From Octopus sinensis (lineage: Eukaryota), in NCBI RefSeq assembly GCF_006345805.1, contig NC_043003.1, positions 32,674,001-32,738,000 of the forward strand: a DNA stretch of 64,000 bases, in the 5' to 3' direction. Under the pieces are notes generated by a model, which saw nothing but the letters and a program-made list of their open reading frames with translations, had not been told where the DNA came from and did not search any database. Positions 61,580-64,000 of the stretch are shown in pieces (the first letter of the stretch is position 1; every line of letters begins with the position of its first letter). Made by a program: the position numbers and the translations under genes.

Positions 61580-62262
61580 CAGCCTCTTTATAAATCCTTC
61601 CACTCTCTACAGAAGTTCCATAATACAACCAAGAAGTTTTGTACTTCAATATATTATGGGTGTACTATATTTTATGGCATACAAGTCAATGTAGTATATA
61701 GTGTAGACATGTAGTGTAAACATTCAAATGTCTTCACTATCTTTTCAAATATTGCTGCATTTCACACGGAAATTTTGGTCCTCCTGAGATATCTTGGTGT
61801 ATAAGTTGACTTACCCTTTTTCGGCTGTAAACTTAAATCTGAAAGATTCAACTTGTATGCTGGAAAATACAGTAGGTGTTTGGAGAGAAAAATTAACCAG
61901 GACTAAAAGGAGATGCAAATGTTTAATACTTTTTTCTATTTTTATGAAGAACACATTCTAAGATATGTGGAGTAATTTATTTTTCCATGCTTGGTAGCTG
62001 TTTAGTATGGCATAATATTTGTAATTGTTTTGTTTCATTTCACCTTATTCAACTTGACATCATTTCCTGTCATTCTTGGGCAAGAGTTGAAGGAAAGTTC
62101 CTTGAATATTTAGGCCATAAACTGGCTTAATCATAGAATCCAACAATCTGATATGGTCTGATTCCAAAAAGCTGGCAAACCATATTTACATATATATACA
62201 TATAGATATACATACATTCACACAAGTAATACATACATATGTACATGCATACACACACACAC

Positions 62263-62710
62263 CCGAGGTGTGCTGCAAAGTTTCAGTCTTTGGGTAAAAG
62301 AAAATACAAGAGGATCGGCTAATTATTAGTTATTTATTCAACATATTTCTCTCTCAGATTCACACACTTATTGCAGAGGTCCTTCAGTTTTTCTAAGCCC
62401 TGTAAAAGAACTTGGAAGGCTGGGCCTCCAACCAGACCTTTCACAATATCCTTAACCCTTTCGTTACTGTATTTATTTTGAGATGTATTGTGTTTCTTTC
62501 AATTAATTTTAAATAGAACAAAGAATTTAGTAAAGTAACTTAGTTATCATTCAACTAGTGTTAGGAACATAAATTTTGACTAAGGTTTGGTGGAAGATTT
62601 TTAATTCAAAACTTATGAAAACAAGACATTTGTACTTCAGAGTCAGAGCCGGTTTCAGCCGGGTTGGTAATGAAAGAGTTAAAGCCAGGAACTTTTCAGC
62701 ACCCCCTTGT
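62263..62710 (-). mobile_element. Mariner-derived MITE carrying a nested TTAA-type MITE
   Basis: TIRs CGAGGTGTGCTGCAAAGTTTCAGTCTTT and AAAGCCAGGAACTTTTCAGCACCCCCTTG. The body is the reverse complement of 48003-48226. Confidence 0.85.
62456..62678. mobile_element. 223-bp piggyBac-like MITE
   Basis: TTAA|CCCTTTCGTTAC ... GTAATGAAAGAG|TTAA. Confidence 0.8.
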
Positions 62711-62740
62711 GTGTTTGTATATATATATATATATATTACA

Positions 62741-63043
62741 TACATATAAGAGGGAATTTTACCACTATGTGGAAACCCTTATGCTAGAAGAAGATCCGCT
62801 ATGGTCTTAACCACTAAGAAGATCTACAGATAAATTATGTAAGTAACATTACGTAATTTGTTGATAGTGAAACAATTGTTTATGATTAATCTATATTTTT
62901 GTTACTTTTCATTTGTCTTGCTCGCTTACATTTCTGGTGTTTGCTAAATTTTCTAGAGAACAATTCTTAGTGGTTAAGACCATAGCGGATCTTCTTCTAG
63001 CATAAGGGTTTCCACATAGTGGTAAAATTCCCTCTTATATGTA
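62741..63043. repeat. Perfect 80-bp inverted repeat around a 143-bp spacer
   Basis: 62741-62820 is the exact reverse complement of 62964-63043. The downstream flank is shared with 40160-40250. Confidence 0.95.
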
Positions 63044-63383
63044 ATACTATTTACTGAACCTCAGTTTTTTATATGCTAGACCACTGGTGTTAAAATTGAT
63101 GTTATCAAATTAATATCAATTTTTCACCTTCATTTTAATTTTAATTATATACAATATATTATTTTTGTAATTTACTTAATATTTACTTTTTAATTGTTAT
63201 TTTAATTTTAACTTACCTATTTATGTAATTTTCTAGATGGTGTAATTTAATTATTCATTTTGAATTGATAAAAGGTGGTTTTTTTCTAATATTTTATATA
63301 TATATTATATTTTGGAATTTGATTTAGTATTTCTAAATTGAATTCTTTTTCCTTGTAAGTTTGGATTTTATTCCCTCAAATAA

Positions 63384-63507
<124 letters not shown>

Positions 63508-64000
63508 ATGTATGTGTATGCATTTATCACTTCACGAAAAATATGTAGCCTGTCCATCTAATTGCACAGTTCACTGAAATATTTCAGATTGTTGAAATGA
63601 GGACTAACTTCCTCATGTACATGTGTGTATGTACATATATATCACATCCAGTTGGATCCCATTCATCTGGTTTCTCCTTACTTCCTTGTACCCCTATCAT
63701 CATCTCTACATTACAGTTTTCTTTTAAAATTGTGTGTGCATATGCATCTGTATATCTATCTATTTCTCCCTCCTCTTTCTCTCTCTCCCCTCATATATAT
63801 ATAACACAAATTGTATTTCCTACAATCTTATCTCTTCCCTTACATCACTAACGTTTTTCAGGAAACCATGAACATCACACTGTCTCATTTCACTTCTCAT
63901 ACAGAACTAAACTCTTATCTCATTTAAAATATAAATTTTTCATATTTTATATTCCTTCACTGTTCATTATGAATATTTGTATCATATTTTTGCATTTTTT

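Noticed and set aside
62780-62810. CTAGAAGAAGATCCGC as a hammerhead half-core
   Set aside because: It has an extra base in the CUGA box and no closing helix II strand or GAAA in either copy, so it is not supportable.

Overview
Eukaryotic (animal) DNA that is AT-rich, extremely rich in microsatellites and almost entirely transposon-derived. The SINE families and the (TATG)n/(TA)n/(CA)n/(GATA)n load point to an octopus/coleoid cephalopod genome (inference). There is one credible host gene, near the right end: a GT31 beta-1,3-glycosyltransferase (60356-61579, +). It is unusual in having a signal-peptide-like N-terminus, a C-terminal transmembrane helix, and NDE in place of the usual DDD motif. 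The rest of the window is layered mobile DNA: a near-full-length GC-rich CR1/L2-type LINE (about 2020-6637, four frameshifts), RTE relics, seven pieces of a restriction-like-endonuclease (R4/Dong-type) LINE that mostly abut (CATA)n tracts, a Penelope GIY-YIG fragment, Helitrons, a Tc1 element with intact ends, mariner relics, MITEs of four superfamilies, and about 30 modular tRNA-derived SINEs. The most notable non-coding signal is a set of short repeats from several distinct families carrying minimal hammerhead-ribozyme cores, most abutting (TA)n tracts. One copy (43488-43514, minus) has an intact core, and one family appears to have a variant U3-A8 core. Most short ORFs in the track are microsatellite artefacts.
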